A program made the position numbers and the translations under genes. A DNA stretch of 64,000 nucleotides from contig JAKFCT010000047.1 in the NCBI GenBank assembly GCA_036676495.1, positions 32,001 to 96,000 of the forward strand, written 5' to 3'. Source of the DNA: Candidatus Sericytochromatia bacterium. GTDB lineage: Bacteria; Cyanobacteriota; Sericytochromatia; S15B-MN24; UBA4093. This document shows positions 63,138 to 64,000 of this stretch, piece after piece (within the stretch, counting starts at the first letter, position 1; each line of letters begins with the position of its first letter). The notes beneath the pieces were generated by a model. The model did no database searches, was not told where the DNA came from, and was given only the letters and a program-made list of their open reading frames with translations.

Positions 63138-64000
63138 ATGCGTTCCTACAGCCTCCAGGAAATCGCCCAGCACGTGGGCGGACAGGTCGTGGGAGACGGC
63201 GCGTTCGTCGTGACGGGCCCCGCCAACCCCGAGTGGGCCGAGGCCCAGCACCTGGTCTTCGTGATCGAGGACAAGTACCGGGAGCCGGCGATGGCTTCCG
63301 GGGCCGGGGCGGCGATCGCCAAGGATGCGCTTCCCGATCGCCCGACCATCACCGTCTCCAATCCCCGGCTGGCCATGGCCAAGGCCCTGGAGCTCTGGGC
63401 TCCGGAGCGTCCCGCGGCCGGCATCCATCCCAGCGCGTGGGTGGATCCGACGGCGGAGCTGGGTGAAGGGGTCTCGATCGGGCCCCACTGCGCCGTCGGC
63501 GCCCGCGTCCGGATCGGCAGCCGCACGGTGCTGCAGGCCGGCGTGGTGCTCGGCGACGACGTCCGGGTCGGCGAGGACGGCCTCCTGCATGCCCGTACGG
63601 TCGTGCGCGAGGGCTGCATCCTGGGCGACCGGGTGATCGTGCAGCCGGGGGCCGTGATCGGCTCCGACGGGTACGGGTTCGTGCCCTCGGGGGGCAAGCA
63701 CCTCAAGGTGCCGCAGATCGGCAACGTGCGCATCGGAGACGACGTGGAGATCGGCGCGAACGTCACGATCGACCGGGCAACGATTGGCCAGACGATGATC
63801 GGGCAAGGAACCAAAATTGACAACCTGGTCCACGTCGGACATAATGTGGTAATCGGGGAAAACGTTCTCCTGGTCAGTCAGGTCGGCATCTCGGGGTCGT
63901 CGCGCATCGGCGACCGCAGTACGCTCGCCGGGCAGGTCGGGGTCGCGGGGCACCTGGAGATCGGCGCGGACAGCCTGGTCTTGGCGCGCACCGGGGTCAC
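63138..64000 (+). CDS. lpxD: UDP-3-O-acylglucosamine N-acyltransferase (3'-truncated by window edge)
   Basis: My translation gives [55 protein letters not shown] and hexapeptide repeats. Confidence 0.95.
   Translation, partial: MRSYSLQEIAQHVGGQVVGDGAFVVTGPANPEWAEAQHLVFVIEDKYREPAMASGAGAAIAKDALPDRPTITVSNPRLAMAKALELWAPERPAAGIHPSAWVDPTAELGEGVSIGPHCAVGARVRIGSRTVLQAGVVLGDDVRVGEDGLLHARTVVREGCILGDRVIVQPGAVIGSDGYGFVPSGGKHLKVPQIGNVRIGDDVEIGANVTIDRATIGQTMIGQGTKIDNLVHVGHNVVIGENVLLVSQVGISGSSRIGDRSTLAGQVGVAGHLEIGADSLVLARTGV

Overview
GC-rich bacterial chromosome segment from a diderm (bamA-skp-lpxD present). The 3-POTRA BamA hints at a Cyanobacteriota-related lineage, but this is weak inference. The left end holds an mrpA-G Na+/H+ antiporter operon and mixed metabolic and regulatory genes (DEAD-box helicase, lspA, a topA-like gene behind an SOS-like box). 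The right part is mostly housekeeping: ychF, higBA, nrdJ with an NrdR box, dapC/E/D, queDEC and bamA-skp-lpxD. The most notable signal lies downstream of ychF. Its last 8 codons (VMHFRFNV) are re-copied at 38638 and 35689, with a degenerate trace at 23637. Each copy is joined, at an identical 39-nt offset, to a conserved non-ychF motif G(T/C)TCAA-N3-(T/C)TCGAG-N-GGCCA(C/T)T. These junctions divide about 16.6 kb of unrelated cargo genes into cassettes, and no recombinase gene is visible. This suggests an integron-like array of non-autonomous cassettes stacked at the ychF 3' end. No tRNA, rRNA, CRISPR array or transposase was recognised. All calls were made by eye, without database searches.
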